DNA of 64,000 bases from Candidatus Woesebacteria bacterium RIFCSPHIGHO2_02_FULL_42_20 (lineage in GTDB: Bacteria; Patescibacteriota; Microgenomatia; UBA8517). Each line of letters opens with the position of its first letter. Position 1 is the stretch's first letter. Below the pieces are notes generated by a model, which was given only the letters and a program-made list of their open reading frames with translations, ran no database searches and was not told the DNA's origin. Below are positions 1-9,841 of the stretch, piece by piece. The stretch spans positions 49,695 through 113,694 of the forward strand of contig MGGS01000001.1 of the NCBI GenBank assembly GCA_001792535.1, written 5' to 3'. Both the position numbers and the translations under genes were made by a program.

Positions 1-1203
1 CGAGTCGGAGTGAATGAAAGCTCGGGTGATAAAAGCATCAGTATAGCAGGAGTGTCTTCGAGTGAATCCAGAGGAGTTCGTAAAGGACAAATTGTGGATA
101 TTGAAGAAGCTGTAGAAACTGTGGTGGCCTCCGTCGAATCTGCTGAGCGAATGGCAGGCTATAATTTGAGTTCTGCATATATTTCCGTCGGGGGTGCCCA
201 CATTGCTAGTATGAATAGCCATGGTGTGGTGGCTATTTCCAGTCCAGACTCTGAAATTAATAATGCCGACATCGATCGTGTAATCGATGCTGCTAAGGCC
301 GTATCGATTCCGACGTCTCGCGAAGTTATTCATGTGATTCCTAGGGAATACACAGTTGACGGCGAAGGGGGTGTGAAGGACCCTGTGGGAATGACGGGAG
401 TTCGGCTTGAGGTAGAAACCCATCTTGTTAGTGCTTCTTCGCCTGCTATTAGAAATTTAGTCAAGACGGTGAACGAAGTCGGTGTGGAAGTGGAGGAGTT
501 GGTGTTTTCAGGTCTTGCTGCCTCTGAAGCAGTTTTGACTAATACCGAAAAAGAGCTTGGCTGCGTGCTGGTAGATATTGGCGGCGGGACCACCTCGGTA
601 GCAGTTTTTATCGAAGGGGCACTGTCGTACTCTACAGAGATTCCGATTGGGGCGAAAAATGTAACCAACGATTTGGCGATTGGACTGCGGGTTTCTCTGG
701 AAACTGCTGAAAAAATTAAACTGGCCCTTTCCCAAAAATTAAAGTCTTTAAAATCCAAAGAAGAAGAAGATTACATTGACATAGCCACGTTCGGTGCAGA
801 TGAGTCCAAAAAAGTGTCAAAAAAAACCCTAATCGAAGGGATAATAAGACCAAGATTGAATGAAATTTTTACTATGGTTAAATTAGACCTTGCAAAGGCG
901 GAAATGGTTACTAAAATTCCCTCCGGTGTGGTAATCACCGGCGGGGGTGCCTTGACTATAGGGGTAGTCGACAGCGCTAAAAGGATGATGTCTTTGCCGG
1001 CACGGATTGGCGAGCCGAAAGGAGTAGGTGGCCTTATCGACGATATAATGAACCCAGCGTATTCGACTTCGATAGGGTTGGTTTTGTGGGGATCAAAAAA
1101 TATTGAGTCGGGTGGAATAAGTTCTCTCACCAAAAAGCTAAGATTTCCAACAAAAGGGGTGTTTAAGAAATTCATCGAAACTGTTCGCAACCTTCTGCCT
1201 TGA
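1..1203 (+). CDS. ftsA: Cell division protein FtsA (5' partial; runs off window start)
   Basis: Actin-like ATPase motifs (VLVDIGGGTTSVAVF, VVITGGGA). Alignment to FtsA places the first in-window residue around position 30 of the protein. Immediately followed by ftsZ, as at the end of a dcw cluster. Confidence 0.85.
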   Translation, partial: RVGVNESSGDKSISIAGVSSSESRGVRKGQIVDIEEAVETVVASVESAERMAGYNLSSAYISVGGAHIASMNSHGVVAISSPDSEINNADIDRVIDAAKAVSIPTSREVIHVIPREYTVDGEGGVKDPVGMTGVRLEVETHLVSASSPAIRNLVKTVNEVGVEVEELVFSGLAASEAVLTNTEKELGCVLVDIGGGTTSVAVFIEGALSYSTEIPIGAKNVTNDLAIGLRVSLETAEKIKLALSQKLKSLKSKEEEDYIDIATFGADESKKVSKKTLIEGIIRPRLNEIFTMVKLDLAKAEMVTKIPSGVVITGGGALTIGVVDSAKRMMSLPARIGEPKGVGGLIDDIMNPAYSTSIGLVLWGSKNIESGGISSLTKKLRFPTKGVFKKFIETVRNLLP

Positions 1204-1271
1204 ATACAAGAATTTAAACGCTTGTAATTGATTTGTTTCCACGATACAATCACGCCAAAAGGAAGACGTAG

Positions 1272-2441
1272 ATGGCTTTAGTAAAACCGGATTCTGCAAG
1301 GATAGCCAAAATCAGAGTGATAGGTGTGGGTGGCGGCGGCGGAAACGCAATCTCTTCAATGATCGAGACAAGCCAGATCTCTGGAGTAGAATTTATCGCG
1401 GTAAATACGGATGCACAGGTACTCCTTGCAAATAAAGCTTCAACTAAGATTCAAATTGGCGAAAAAATTACAAAAGGCTTAGGTGTCGGTGGCAATCCTG
1501 ATATCGGATCCCAAGCCGCTGAAGAATCGGTTGAAAAAATAAAGGAATTACTGATTGATTCTGATATGGTGTTTATCACTGCCGGAATGGGCGGAGGTAC
1601 CGGGACCGGCGCTTCGCCTACTATAGCAAAATTAGCCAAGGAATCGGGTGCGTTGACCGTAGCGATTGTCACAAAGCCGTTTAGTTTTGAAGGAACGCGC
1701 AGAATGGTATTGGCGGAGGAGGGGATAGAGAAGCTTAAAGAATATGTAGACACCTTGATTGTCATTCCTAACCAGCGATTGATGGATGTGATTGACCGCA
1801 AAATGACTCTTATTGAGGCTTTTAAAGTTGTTGACTCCGTCCTTGGCCAGGCAGTTTCGGGGATAGCCGACATAATTACGACCCCGGGGTTAATTAACGT
1901 AGACTTTGCAGACGTAAAGTCTGTTATGAAAGATTCAGGGACGGCACTTTTAGGTATCGGTCACGGCGTAGGCGAAAATAGAGCACAAATGGCCGCGCGT
2001 GCAGCAGTCTCGTCGCCATTACTGGACTTGTCGATTGAGGGGGCTAAAGGAGTGCTGTTTAATATTGCCGGTGGGCCGGACTTGACAATGTTTGAGGTTG
2101 ACGAGGCGGCAAAAGTAATATCAAGTTCGGCTGATCCGGACGCAAATATTATTTTTGGCGCTGTTATTCGCGATGACATGTCGGATCAGATAAGAATTAC
2201 TGTAATTGGTACGGGTTTTTCAGAAACTCAGGCAAGGATCGCTGAGATAACTAAGCCGGCCGTGGGTTTTAAGGTGCAAGGCGTAGTAAGCGAGGGCCCG
2301 GATGAAAAAAAAGACAAAGAGGAAGAGGACACGCAAGACGAGGAGAAAATTCAAGTATCGGACAAAGACGGGGACGGCGGGGAAAAAGACGAGTTCGGCA
2401 AAGATCTTGACATACCGGCATTTCTACGCAGGGTCCACTAG
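1272..2441 (+). CDS. ftsZ: Cell division GTPase FtsZ
   Basis: Tubulin signature [15 protein letters not shown] motif, acidic C-terminal linker and conserved C-terminal peptide DIPAFLRR. Confidence 0.95.
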   Translation: MALVKPDSARIAKIRVIGVGGGGGNAISSMIETSQISGVEFIAVNTDAQVLLANKASTKIQIGEKITKGLGVGGNPDIGSQAAEESVEKIKELLIDSDMVFITAGMGGGTGTGASPTIAKLAKESGALTVAIVTKPFSFEGTRRMVLAEEGIEKLKEYVDTLIVIPNQRLMDVIDRKMTLIEAFKVVDSVLGQAVSGIADIITTPGLINVDFADVKSVMKDSGTALLGIGHGVGENRAQMAARAAVSSPLLDLSIEGAKGVLFNIAGGPDLTMFEVDEAAKVISSSADPDANIIFGAVIRDDMSDQIRITVIGTGFSETQARIAEITKPAVGFKVQGVVSEGPDEKKDKEEEDTQDEEKIQVSDKDGDGGEKDEFGKDLDIPAFLRRVH

Positions 2442-2443
2442 TT

Positions 2444-2725
2444 TTAGTTTACTTCGGGAGCAAGGCTCGGTGAGGGTGTAATTGTTGGGTTTGGCGTGGC
2501 TGTAGCTGGAGATGCACCTTGAGTTTCCGTAGTCAGGCTGACATTTACCAAATGGTTGCCAGGTGTCTGAACCGAAGTAGGTTTGATACTTGCGGCCTCG
2601 TTGATTTCAATCATTGACGGTGTTTCTTGTGGTAGGTTGTTAAGGTCGCTATTACCATTGATTTTTAGCGGTGCTTGATTTATCGCAATAATAAAGAGAG
2701 TTACCAAAATGATGTATTTCATCAT
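2444..2725 (-). CDS. Small secreted Pro/Thr-rich hypothetical protein
   Basis: 93-aa ORF with a clear N-terminal signal peptide (MMKYIILVTLFIIAINQA) and a low-complexity P/T/S-rich tail. Convergent with ftsZ. Confidence 0.4.
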   Translation of the reverse strand: MMKYIILVTLFIIAINQAPLKINGNSDLNNLPQETPSMIEINEAASIKPTSVQTPGNHLVNVSLTTETQGASPATATPNPTITPSPSLAPEVN

Positions 2726-2787
2726 AGCATGCGGATAATAGCGCGGTCTACCGAAAAATTCAAGACTGGTGTAAAATAGGCTTTGAT

Positions 2788-5613
2788 ATGGCTAAAAATA
2801 CTAAGCCTTTTTTTGACAGCGTTACCCCTAAAGTTGATTTCCCTGCTTTGGAAGAAAAAATACTCAAGTTTTGGAAAGAAAACAAGATATTTGAAAAGTC
2901 AGTTGAGAACCGACCGGAAAATAAAACTTGGACTTTTTTAGACGGTCCACCTTTTATAACCGGCCTTCCCCATTATGGTACCCTGCTTTCAAGTATACCT
3001 AAGGACTTGTTTCCGAGGTATTGGACAATGAAGGGGTTCAGGGTTCGTCGTGTTTGGGGCTGGGATTGTCATGGTCTACCAGCTGAAAATAAAGTTGAGA
3101 ATAAATTCGGTATAAAGCGTAAAAGGGATATCGAAGAAAAGTTTGGGGTAAAGAGGTTTATTGATGAGTGTAAACTTTATGTCAAAAACGTATCAAGCGA
3201 ATGGGAGTGGTATGTTGACCACATAGCTCGCTGGGTTGATTTTCAAAACTCTTATAAAACAATGGACCTAGATTATATGGAGTCTGTCATGTGGGTATTC
3301 AGTAAAATTTATAAAAAGGGCTATATCTATAAGGGCTTGCGAGTTTCACTTTATTGCCCACATTGCAGTACACCGATTTCCAACTTCGAAGTTGCTATGG
3401 ATGCCGATAATTATAAAGAAATAACCGAACCTGCAGATACTTATAAATATAAGTTGGCGGGTGAAAAAGCTACCTATCTGCTTGCTTGGTCGACTACTCC
3501 TTGGAATAAGCTTGCCACTCCGGCTCTCGCCGTCAATCCCAAACTAACCTACGTAAAGGTCAGGCAGGGCAAGGAATTTTATATTCTTGCAAAGTCGACG
3601 CTTTCGGCATTACGCAAAGAGCCATATAAGATTGTGTCCACTTTTAAAGGACGTGAGATTACAGGGAAGCGTTTTGAGCCGCATTATAATTTTTACAAAA
3701 TTGCCAAGGGTAAGAGAGCTTTTATTGTGATTCCCGGAGACTTTGTAACTGCAGAGGAGGGAACCGGAATTGTCACAATCGCCGCTTACGGGGAAGACGA
3801 CTTAGTTGCCATGAAGGCTAATAATATTCAAATTGTGCTCCACGTTGACGAGGAAGGGAAACTGGCAAAGGATGTTCCCCTGTGGGGAGGGATATTTTAC
3901 CTGGATGTAAACGAAAAAGTGAATGCCGATTTAAAACAAAGAGGGTTGCTCTATAACGAGGAGCCTTATACACACACCGTTCCGACGTGTTGGAGGTGTC
4001 ATACAAGGCTTTTGTATGCCCCTCAAGATGCATGGTATATGGATATTGCTAAACTTAAGCCTCAAATGAAGAAGGGGAACAGTTATGTAAATTGGTACCC
4101 GAAACATTTTAAAACTGGCAGATTTCTTAAAAGTCTGGAAGCCGCCCCCGACTGGTGTGTTTCAAGAAGCCGGTACTGGGGTTCGCCGGTGCCAGTTTGG
4201 GAGTGCGTGTGTGGGGAACGGTTTGTGCCGGCAAGCATTAGTGAACTTGAGAAAAGTAGCGGACAGTTGCTAAAGGGTCTGCACAAGCCGGAGATAGATG
4301 CTGTAACAGTCAGATGCCTTAAATGTGGTGAGCAAGCACGCCGTGTAGCTGAAGTTTTGGATAGTTGGATTGAGGCAGGATCAGCTTCACTGGCCGAAAG
4401 GCACTTCCCGTTTGACAAATCCCTGACATTGGAAGATTTTTTCCCGCCGGATTTTATTGTCGAGTACACCGGCCAGATCAGAGCCTGGTTCTATGTATTG
4501 CATGTAATTGCAACAGCCCTTTCGCTTTGCAAGAGAGAAGAAGCTAATATTTTAGCCAAAAATGTGTCCGTAACCGGTGTAATTTTGGGGACTGACGGGC
4601 GCAAGATGAGTAAAAATTACGGTAACTATCCGGATCCAAAGCAGTTGATTGAAAAGTATGGCGGCGATGCTTTGAGATTGTACTTATTGGGAAGCCCGGT
4701 TATGAACGGAGAAGATATAAGAATTTCGGAAAGTGACTATAGAAATCAAATAAAAGTGTTTTTACTGCCGCTGTGGAATGTCTACAATTTTTTCGTCACC
4801 TATGCCAATCTGAAAGGCTGGAAACCGTCGAAGAAAAAGTTTACCCCTACTCAGATAATGGATAAATGGATTTTGTCCAAAACACAAAAGGTTATTAGTG
4901 AACTTAAAAATGAAGGTTATGAGAAATTTAATACCCCAAAAATTGTGGATCTTGCTAAGAACTTTATGGTTAACGACCTTTCGACTTGGTATGTGAGAAG
5001 AACTAGGGGTAGAGCCCGAGCCGGAGAGGACGCAGTATTTGAAACTCTTTGGACAGTCTTGGTGGACTATTCCAAGGCTTTAGCACCTTTGGTGCCTTTT
5101 GTCACGGAGGATATCTATAAAAATCTTACAAAGGAAGAATCGGTCCACTTGAGCAGTTGGCCGGCAATCGACTCAAAGCTAATTAACAAAAAACTGGAAG
5201 AAGAGATGGACAGCAAAGTGCTTAAGGTTGTGGAGTTCGCGCATGCAGAGCGAAAGGATAAACACATACCTGTTCGCCAGGCTTTGGCAAAGTTTTTCAC
5301 AAAAGTAAAAAAACCGACAATAGCCGGTCTGGATACAATTGTAAACGAAGAGATTAATGTTCTGGAAACAGTTTGGGGAAGCAAAAAGGATGAATTGGAA
5401 ACCAAACTCACTCCACAGTTAATTGCCATGGGCAGCTCAAGAAATATTATCAGGCAAATTCAAGCGGAACGGAAGAAAATGAAGACCCGGCTTGATGAGC
5501 AGGTCAACGTGTCGCTTCCCGATTGGCCCCGAGATTATGAAGACGAAATCAAGGCAAAAGCTCTGGTAAAGAATTTACGACAAGGCGAATTTAGAGTAGC
5601 AAAGATTACATGA
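2788..5613 (+). CDS. ileS: Isoleucyl-tRNA synthetase, eukaryote-like type 2
   Basis: Class I aaRS with HIGH-region variant PPFITGLPHYGT and KMSKS variant GRKMSKNYGNYPDP (type-2 IleS signature ...KMSK.LKNYPDP). Also WCVSRSRYWGSPVP and TPISNFEVA motifs. 941 aa. Confidence 0.8.
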   Translation: MAKNTKPFFDSVTPKVDFPALEEKILKFWKENKIFEKSVENRPENKTWTFLDGPPFITGLPHYGTLLSSIPKDLFPRYWTMKGFRVRRVWGWDCHGLPAENKVENKFGIKRKRDIEEKFGVKRFIDECKLYVKNVSSEWEWYVDHIARWVDFQNSYKTMDLDYMESVMWVFSKIYKKGYIYKGLRVSLYCPHCSTPISNFEVAMDADNYKEITEPADTYKYKLAGEKATYLLAWSTTPWNKLATPALAVNPKLTYVKVRQGKEFYILAKSTLSALRKEPYKIVSTFKGREITGKRFEPHYNFYKIAKGKRAFIVIPGDFVTAEEGTGIVTIAAYGEDDLVAMKANNIQIVLHVDEEGKLAKDVPLWGGIFYLDVNEKVNADLKQRGLLYNEEPYTHTVPTCWRCHTRLLYAPQDAWYMDIAKLKPQMKKGNSYVNWYPKHFKTGRFLKSLEAAPDWCVSRSRYWGSPVPVWECVCGERFVPASISELEKSSGQLLKGLHKPEIDAVTVRCLKCGEQARRVAEVLDSWIEAGSASLAERHFPFDKSLTLEDFFPPDFIVEYTGQIRAWFYVLHVIATALSLCKREEANILAKNVSVTGVILGTDGRKMSKNYGNYPDPKQLIEKYGGDALRLYLLGSPVMNGEDIRISESDYRNQIKVFLLPLWNVYNFFVTYANLKGWKPSKKKFTPTQIMDKWILSKTQKVISELKNEGYEKFNTPKIVDLAKNFMVNDLSTWYVRRTRGRARAGEDAVFETLWTVLVDYSKALAPLVPFVTEDIYKNLTKEESVHLSSWPAIDSKLINKKLEEEMDSKVLKVVEFAHAERKDKHIPVRQALAKFFTKVKKPTIAGLDTIVNEEINVLETVWGSKKDELETKLTPQLIAMGSSRNIIRQIQAERKKMKTRLDEQVNVSLPDWPRDYEDEIKAKALVKNLRQGEFRVAKIT

Positions 5614-6650
5614 AGCGGAGAGGCGATGTTTTTTTAAGCACAGCCATTTTATTTGCAATAGTATTTAAATTTATAGTTCTGCGCTCGTTGGTTCCTTCTG
5701 TTTTTCCAACTTATTATTTTTATTTTGTAATCGGTATTGGTGTATTTATTATTGCACGAAAAATTGATTTTTCAGTTATCTCACTTTTTTATAAACCGAT
5801 CTATGTTGTTAGCATTTTACTCCTAATTGCGACAATTATCATAGGCCAGGTGACCAGAGGCGCCGTTCGGTGGATTCCCATCGGCTGGATTACTATTCAA
5901 CCGAGTGAAATTGTCAGGCCTCTTCTTGCGATCGTACTTGCCCATTATTTATTTATGAAGGAGTTGACGTTAGTAAGAGTAGTTAAAAGTTTTTTGCTTA
6001 TTGGTGTTCCCTTGCTGTTAATTCTTGTCCAACCTTCGCTCGGCGTCACGTTTTTGGCAGGGATTTCTTTTTTGGGGATTTACCTGGCAAGCAAAATAAA
6101 CAAAAAATATTTTTTGATCTTTGTGATTGCGCTTGGGGTAGCTGCCCCTGTTTTTTGGGGAATTTTGGCAAACTATCAGAAGCAGCGGATTACATCTTTT
6201 GTGTTCGCGGAAAGTGATCCATACGGTACGGGTTATAACAGTATTCAGTCATCGATTTCGGTGGGATCAGGAAAATTCACAGGCCGTGGGCTGGGTGAAG
6301 GAGTGCAGACTCAGCTGGAATTTCTGCCGGAAAAACACACAGATTTCATTTTTGCGTCAATTGCTGAAGAGCTGGGATTTATTGGTGGGGTTTTCGTAAT
6401 CGGGATTCTGACATGTATTTTTTGGCGGTTGATAAAGGCTGTAGAAAATGCTGAGTCGCCGGAAGCGAGAGCTTTTATAACGGGTATATTTTTGTCCCTC
6501 TTTATTCAGATGTTTGTTCATGTGGGTATGAATATGTCAATATTGCCAATTACAGGTGTACCGTTACCGCTTATTTCTGCCGGCGGAACGTCTTTTGTTT
6601 CGACAATGCTTTCTTTGGGGCTGGTTGTGGGTGCTCAAAAAAAGACCTAG
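5610..6650 (+). CDS. SEDS-family peptidoglycan polymerase (FtsW/RodA)
   Basis: Multi-TM protein with the SEDS hallmark GKFTGRGLGEGVQTQLEFLPEKHTDFIFASIAEELGFIGG. 4-nt ATGA overlap with the ileS stop. Confidence 0.85.
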   Translation: MKRRGDVFLSTAILFAIVFKFIVLRSLVPSVFPTYYFYFVIGIGVFIIARKIDFSVISLFYKPIYVVSILLLIATIIIGQVTRGAVRWIPIGWITIQPSEIVRPLLAIVLAHYLFMKELTLVRVVKSFLLIGVPLLLILVQPSLGVTFLAGISFLGIYLASKINKKYFLIFVIALGVAAPVFWGILANYQKQRITSFVFAESDPYGTGYNSIQSSISVGSGKFTGRGLGEGVQTQLEFLPEKHTDFIFASIAEELGFIGGVFVIGILTCIFWRLIKAVENAESPEARAFITGIFLSLFIQMFVHVGMNMSILPITGVPLPLISAGGTSFVSTMLSLGLVVGAQKKT

Positions 6651-6672
6651 ATAGTCTGATATATAATACGAC

Positions 6673-7629
6673 ATGTCATTTCAGCAGGAAGCATCGCCGT
6701 TTAGACGAACTCCGCTTTATTTTCATTCCCAAGATTATATGGAAGTAAAGGAAATGGTTGGCCAAGAAAGGTGGAACTTTCTTACAGCAGATTTATTGAA
6801 AGTATACTTTCTTGATCCTTCACTTGAAACAATGCGGCTTATTTTTGGCAATATGTTGTGGGAGCTTTATAACAAACCTCAAGAAGCTCGGGATGCTGGC
6901 TATGATGAATTGGATATTTTGATTTCTATTATGGTTATTCAACAGCTAGCTACCGATTCTGGGATAATATTAGGTCAAGAAGTAGAAAGGATACGTGACC
7001 AAGGTGAGCCGCTTCCTTTCATTGATACGGCAAGTAAGTATTCGACCTGGCATGGTCTTATTTTGCAGGCCAAAGAATGGTCGGCTAAAGGAGAAGTAGC
7101 TGGTCTTGGTCATGGGGCAATGGATCCCCCGCATGTAGGACATGGAAGGCTGGCAGCGAGAATTTGGCCGTATTGCGACCACCTGGTTATAGGTTTTGAC
7201 CCAAACTGGTATGTTAAAGAGCGAAAAGGAGAAGATAGACCTAGATTTCCTCAGCTTGCATGGCGGATGTGGGAAATGGCATCGCTTCCAACTGTCGACA
7301 AAGTTGTTGTTCTTCCCTTGAGGCGTGGCCAAGATGAAGAAGAGGAATTTGCAGAAATCTATGGTGACCTTGGAGTAAAAGTCTTAGGGACTTCTAAAGA
7401 CAATAAATATTACCCGAAATATGTCGAGCGCATGAAGCAAATGGGAGGTCTGGTAGTTACGGAGGGCCCGCTTCGATGGTCATCTTCGAAATTAGTCGGA
7501 GATTTATCTGATGAGGAGATTGCTAGCCGCGCACTACTTGACGCGGACTCTATCAGAAAGCATGCCGAATCTGTTCATCAAAAGGCTGTTTCTTTGGGTT
7601 ATTTAAAAGATTATATCGAAGATGCTTAA
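6673..7629 (+). CDS. Hypothetical protein with C-terminal cytidylyltransferase-like (HxGH nucleotidyltransferase) domain
   Basis: Motif GAMDPPHVGHGRLAAR followed by ...KERK...VDKVVVLP resembles the PF01467-type (TagD/RfaE-like) fold. The N-terminal ~140 aa is unrecognised. Confidence 0.45.
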   Translation: MSFQQEASPFRRTPLYFHSQDYMEVKEMVGQERWNFLTADLLKVYFLDPSLETMRLIFGNMLWELYNKPQEARDAGYDELDILISIMVIQQLATDSGIILGQEVERIRDQGEPLPFIDTASKYSTWHGLILQAKEWSAKGEVAGLGHGAMDPPHVGHGRLAARIWPYCDHLVIGFDPNWYVKERKGEDRPRFPQLAWRMWEMASLPTVDKVVVLPLRRGQDEEEEFAEIYGDLGVKVLGTSKDNKYYPKYVERMKQMGGLVVTEGPLRWSSSKLVGDLSDEEIASRALLDADSIRKHAESVHQKAVSLGYLKDYIEDA

Positions 7630-7674
7630 AATATACGGTTTTTATTTTCTTGATTTGGATATATAATAGCAAAC

Positions 7675-7977
7675 ATGAAATATGCGGTTGTGGAAATAAA
7701 GGGTACGCAGTACAAAGTCGAGGAGGGCAAGGAATACCTGGTTGCGCTGCACGGAGAAAAAGAAAAAGTTGATAACAGAATACTTTTATACAGAAGTGAT
7801 AAAAAACTTGAGGTTGGCATGCCTGAAGTAAAAGGCGTGAGTGTCAAACTCACTAATTTGGGCCCGATAAGCGGTGAAAAGCTCTATATAGCAAAATATC
7901 GTGCTAAGTCACGCTATAGAAAGCGAGTCGGTTTCCGTCCCAAATATACCAAAATTTTGGTTGAAAAACTAGCTTAA
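7675..7977 (+). CDS. rplU: 50S ribosomal protein L21
   Basis: MKYAVVEIKGTQYKVEEGKEYLV matches the L21 N-terminus (YAVIETGGKQYKV...). 100 aa. Followed by rpmA. Confidence 0.9.
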   Translation: MKYAVVEIKGTQYKVEEGKEYLVALHGEKEKVDNRILLYRSDKKLEVGMPEVKGVSVKLTNLGPISGEKLYIAKYRAKSRYRKRVGFRPKYTKILVEKLA

Positions 7978-8004
7978 TATATCGGATTATAACTTTCCGG
8001 TCAC

Positions 8005-8033
8005 TTGACATCCGTGAAAAAAGTTAATATAGT
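8005..8033 (+). promoter_or_regulatory. Sigma70-like promoter TTGACA-N17-TATAGT upstream of rpmA
   Basis: Perfect -35 TTGACA (8005-8010), 17-nt spacer, -10 TATAGT (8028-8033). A weak AGGT Shine-Dalgarno lies 5 nt before the rpmA ATG at 8043. Confidence 0.4.
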
Positions 8034-8042
8034 CAGGTAGTT

Positions 8043-8294
8043 ATGTCCAAAAAGAAGCAAGGCGGCAAGACAACTCAGCACGTGCGCCCCGAGGGCAAGA
8101 GGCTTGGAGTAAAAGTTTCCGAGGGGCAAAAGGTTTCTTCAGGGTTTACTTTGGTGCGCCAGAGAGGAACAAGATTTCACGCCGGTCAAAACGTAAAAGT
8201 AGGTCGTGACCACACTTTGTATTCCATGGTTTCCGGTGCAGTCAATTTTAGTCAAAAACTGGGCAAGAGGGTACTTTCGGTAGTCGCCAAATAA
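8043..8294 (+). CDS. rpmA: 50S ribosomal protein L27
   Basis: KRLGVKVSEGQKVSSGFTLVRQRGTRFHAGQNVKVGRDHTLYS matches the L27 consensus (KRLGVK.FGGQ...G.IIVRQRGT.FHPG.NVG.GKDHTLF). Confidence 0.92.
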   Translation: MSKKKQGGKTTQHVRPEGKRLGVKVSEGQKVSSGFTLVRQRGTRFHAGQNVKVGRDHTLYSMVSGAVNFSQKLGKRVLSVVAK

Positions 8295-8295
8295 T

Positions 8296-9135
8296 ATGGT
8301 GGAAGAAATAATTCAGATATCCGTAGAAGAGCTTCAAGCTAATCCGCTCCAGCCGCGTGGCTCAATCACACCTGAGAGCTTGGTTGACTTAGTTGATTCG
8401 ATTAAAGAGCACGGTGTACTTGAGCCTCTGGTCATTGCCAAAACCCCTGCAGGTTTTCAAATTATTGCTGGTGAACGCCGTTGGCGAGCTTCTAAACTTG
8501 CGGGCCTGACCCATATCCCTGCTGTCGTCCGCGAGACAACACCTAAGGGTATGCTTGAAATGGCGTTGGTCGAAAACGTCCAAAGAATAGACCTGAACGC
8601 GCTTGATCGGGCAGGCGGGTTTGAGCGGCTTATGAGCGAATTTAATTTGACCAGTACAGAAATAGCCGTGAGAATTGGCAAGTCCGTTGCTTACGTTTCA
8701 AACTCTCTTAGACTTCTTAACCTTCCCGATGCACTCAAGGACGGCTTGCTTTCAGGACTTGTTTCAGAAGGCCACGCAAGAGCCCTAAGTGCTATCGATG
8801 ATACAAACCTTATGGTCGAAGCATACAAAATAATCTTGCGTGAATCAGGCTCAGTCAGGCGGGCAGAGGACTTAGCTCGCAGAATGAAAACAAAATCGGG
8901 TCAAAGACCTAAGCCCGGTACCCGTAAAGATCAGGCGAGAGTGGTTTCAAGCGAAATAGACCAAATAGAAAAAGACTTGGAGAGAGCCTTTTCTGCCAGT
9001 GCCTCGGTGGGGATTAAAACAAATGTCAAGGTTACCCGCTCCCGAAGAGAAACTAAGGTAGCTTTTGTCTTTAAAGGTTCACTGGAGGAAACGGAAGCAA
9101 ATCTTCAGAAAATATATAAAGCGCTTACGGGCTGA
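8296..9135 (+). CDS. parB: ParB/Spo0J chromosome-partitioning protein
   Basis: ParB N-terminal box LQPRGS...GVLEPLVIA...IIAGERRWRASKLAG, followed by an HTH region. No parA adjacent. Confidence 0.85.
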   Translation: MVEEIIQISVEELQANPLQPRGSITPESLVDLVDSIKEHGVLEPLVIAKTPAGFQIIAGERRWRASKLAGLTHIPAVVRETTPKGMLEMALVENVQRIDLNALDRAGGFERLMSEFNLTSTEIAVRIGKSVAYVSNSLRLLNLPDALKDGLLSGLVSEGHARALSAIDDTNLMVEAYKIILRESGSVRRAEDLARRMKTKSGQRPKPGTRKDQARVVSSEIDQIEKDLERAFSASASVGIKTNVKVTRSRRETKVAFVFKGSLEETEANLQKIYKALTG

Positions 9136-9734
9136 GTTTTTTGCCCGTATAGGCCTTCATAGTTAATCATGCCCGCTTTATTGATAGGCCAATATATTAA
9201 CCAGGCACGGCCGGTGATTTTGCCCCGTTCTATAAATCCCCAGGCCCGTGAGTCCGAGGAGTACGGTCTGTTGTCTCCAAGTACAAAATAAGATCCTTCG
9301 GGTACTTCTACTGTAACGCTTTCTGTCAGAAACCTCCCGGGGCCTGTATAGACTGTTTCCTCCAAATACGCTTCATTTAGCATTTGCCCGTTGAGGTAAA
9401 CCTTACCCTCTTTAACAAAAATTTTATCATTCGGAAGACCGATTATTCGTTTTATAAATTCTTCCCTGTCGTTTGGCGGGGCTTTGAAAACGACAACATC
9501 GCCGCGTTTGGGTTCGCCGAATCTGTAAGTTACCTTGTCGGTAAGTAAAAACTCGCCGTCCGCAAAGTTTGGAAACATCGAACTACCCTTTATTTTATGG
9601 GGTTGCAAAAGGAGGAGGTAGACAAAAAGGAAAATTGCAACAGCAAATACTACAACTTGCAGAATGTCTAAAAAAAACGCCCCAAACCTTCCCAGCATAT
9701 GTTGATTATATAAATCTTGTAGAGGTTGTAACAA
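9105..9734 (-). CDS. lepB: Signal peptidase I
   Basis: S26 motifs GSSMFPNF (Ser box), KRGDVVVF, IKRIIGLPND and GDNRPYSSDSRAWG. N-terminal TM. Confidence 0.9.
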   Translation of the reverse strand: MLQPLQDLYNQHMLGRFGAFFLDILQVVVFAVAIFLFVYLLLLQPHKIKGSSMFPNFADGEFLLTDKVTYRFGEPKRGDVVVFKAPPNDREEFIKRIIGLPNDKIFVKEGKVYLNGQMLNEAYLEETVYTGPGRFLTESVTVEVPEGSYFVLGDNRPYSSDSRAWGFIERGKITGRAWLIYWPINKAGMINYEGLYGQKTQPVSALYIF

Positions 9735-9765
9735 GGTGCTTTTTTAAGGTAAAATCAGTAGGCTT

Positions 9766-9839
9766 GGCCGGTTGGCTCAGTTGGTTAGAGCGCTGCATTC
9801 ACATTGCAGAGGTCGGGGGTTCGAATCCCTCACCGGCCA
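9766..9839 (+). tRNA. tRNA-Val (anticodon CAC)
   Basis: Cloverleaf read by hand. Acceptor GGCCGGT/ACCGGCC, D-arm GCTCAGTTGGTTAGAGC, anticodon stem CTGCA/TGCAG with loop TTCACAT, T-arm GGGGGTTCGAATCCCTC. CCA not encoded. Confidence 0.85.
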
Positions 9840-9841
9840 CA

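Noticed and set aside
330-1253. Antisense ORFs 330-758, 508-735 and 771-1253 inside ftsA. The same applies to similar shadow ORFs inside ftsZ, ileS, dnaE, uvrA, uvrB and other large genes.
   Set aside because: They lie entirely within strongly supported genes on the opposite strand. They have low-complexity products and no motifs. This is the usual pattern of high-coding-density antisense frames.
9569-9841. N-terminal 91 codons of listed ORF 9569-10492
   Set aside because: This part runs straight across tRNA-Val (9766-9839) and the lepB 3' region. The real membrane protein starts at the ATG at 9842, immediately after the tRNA.
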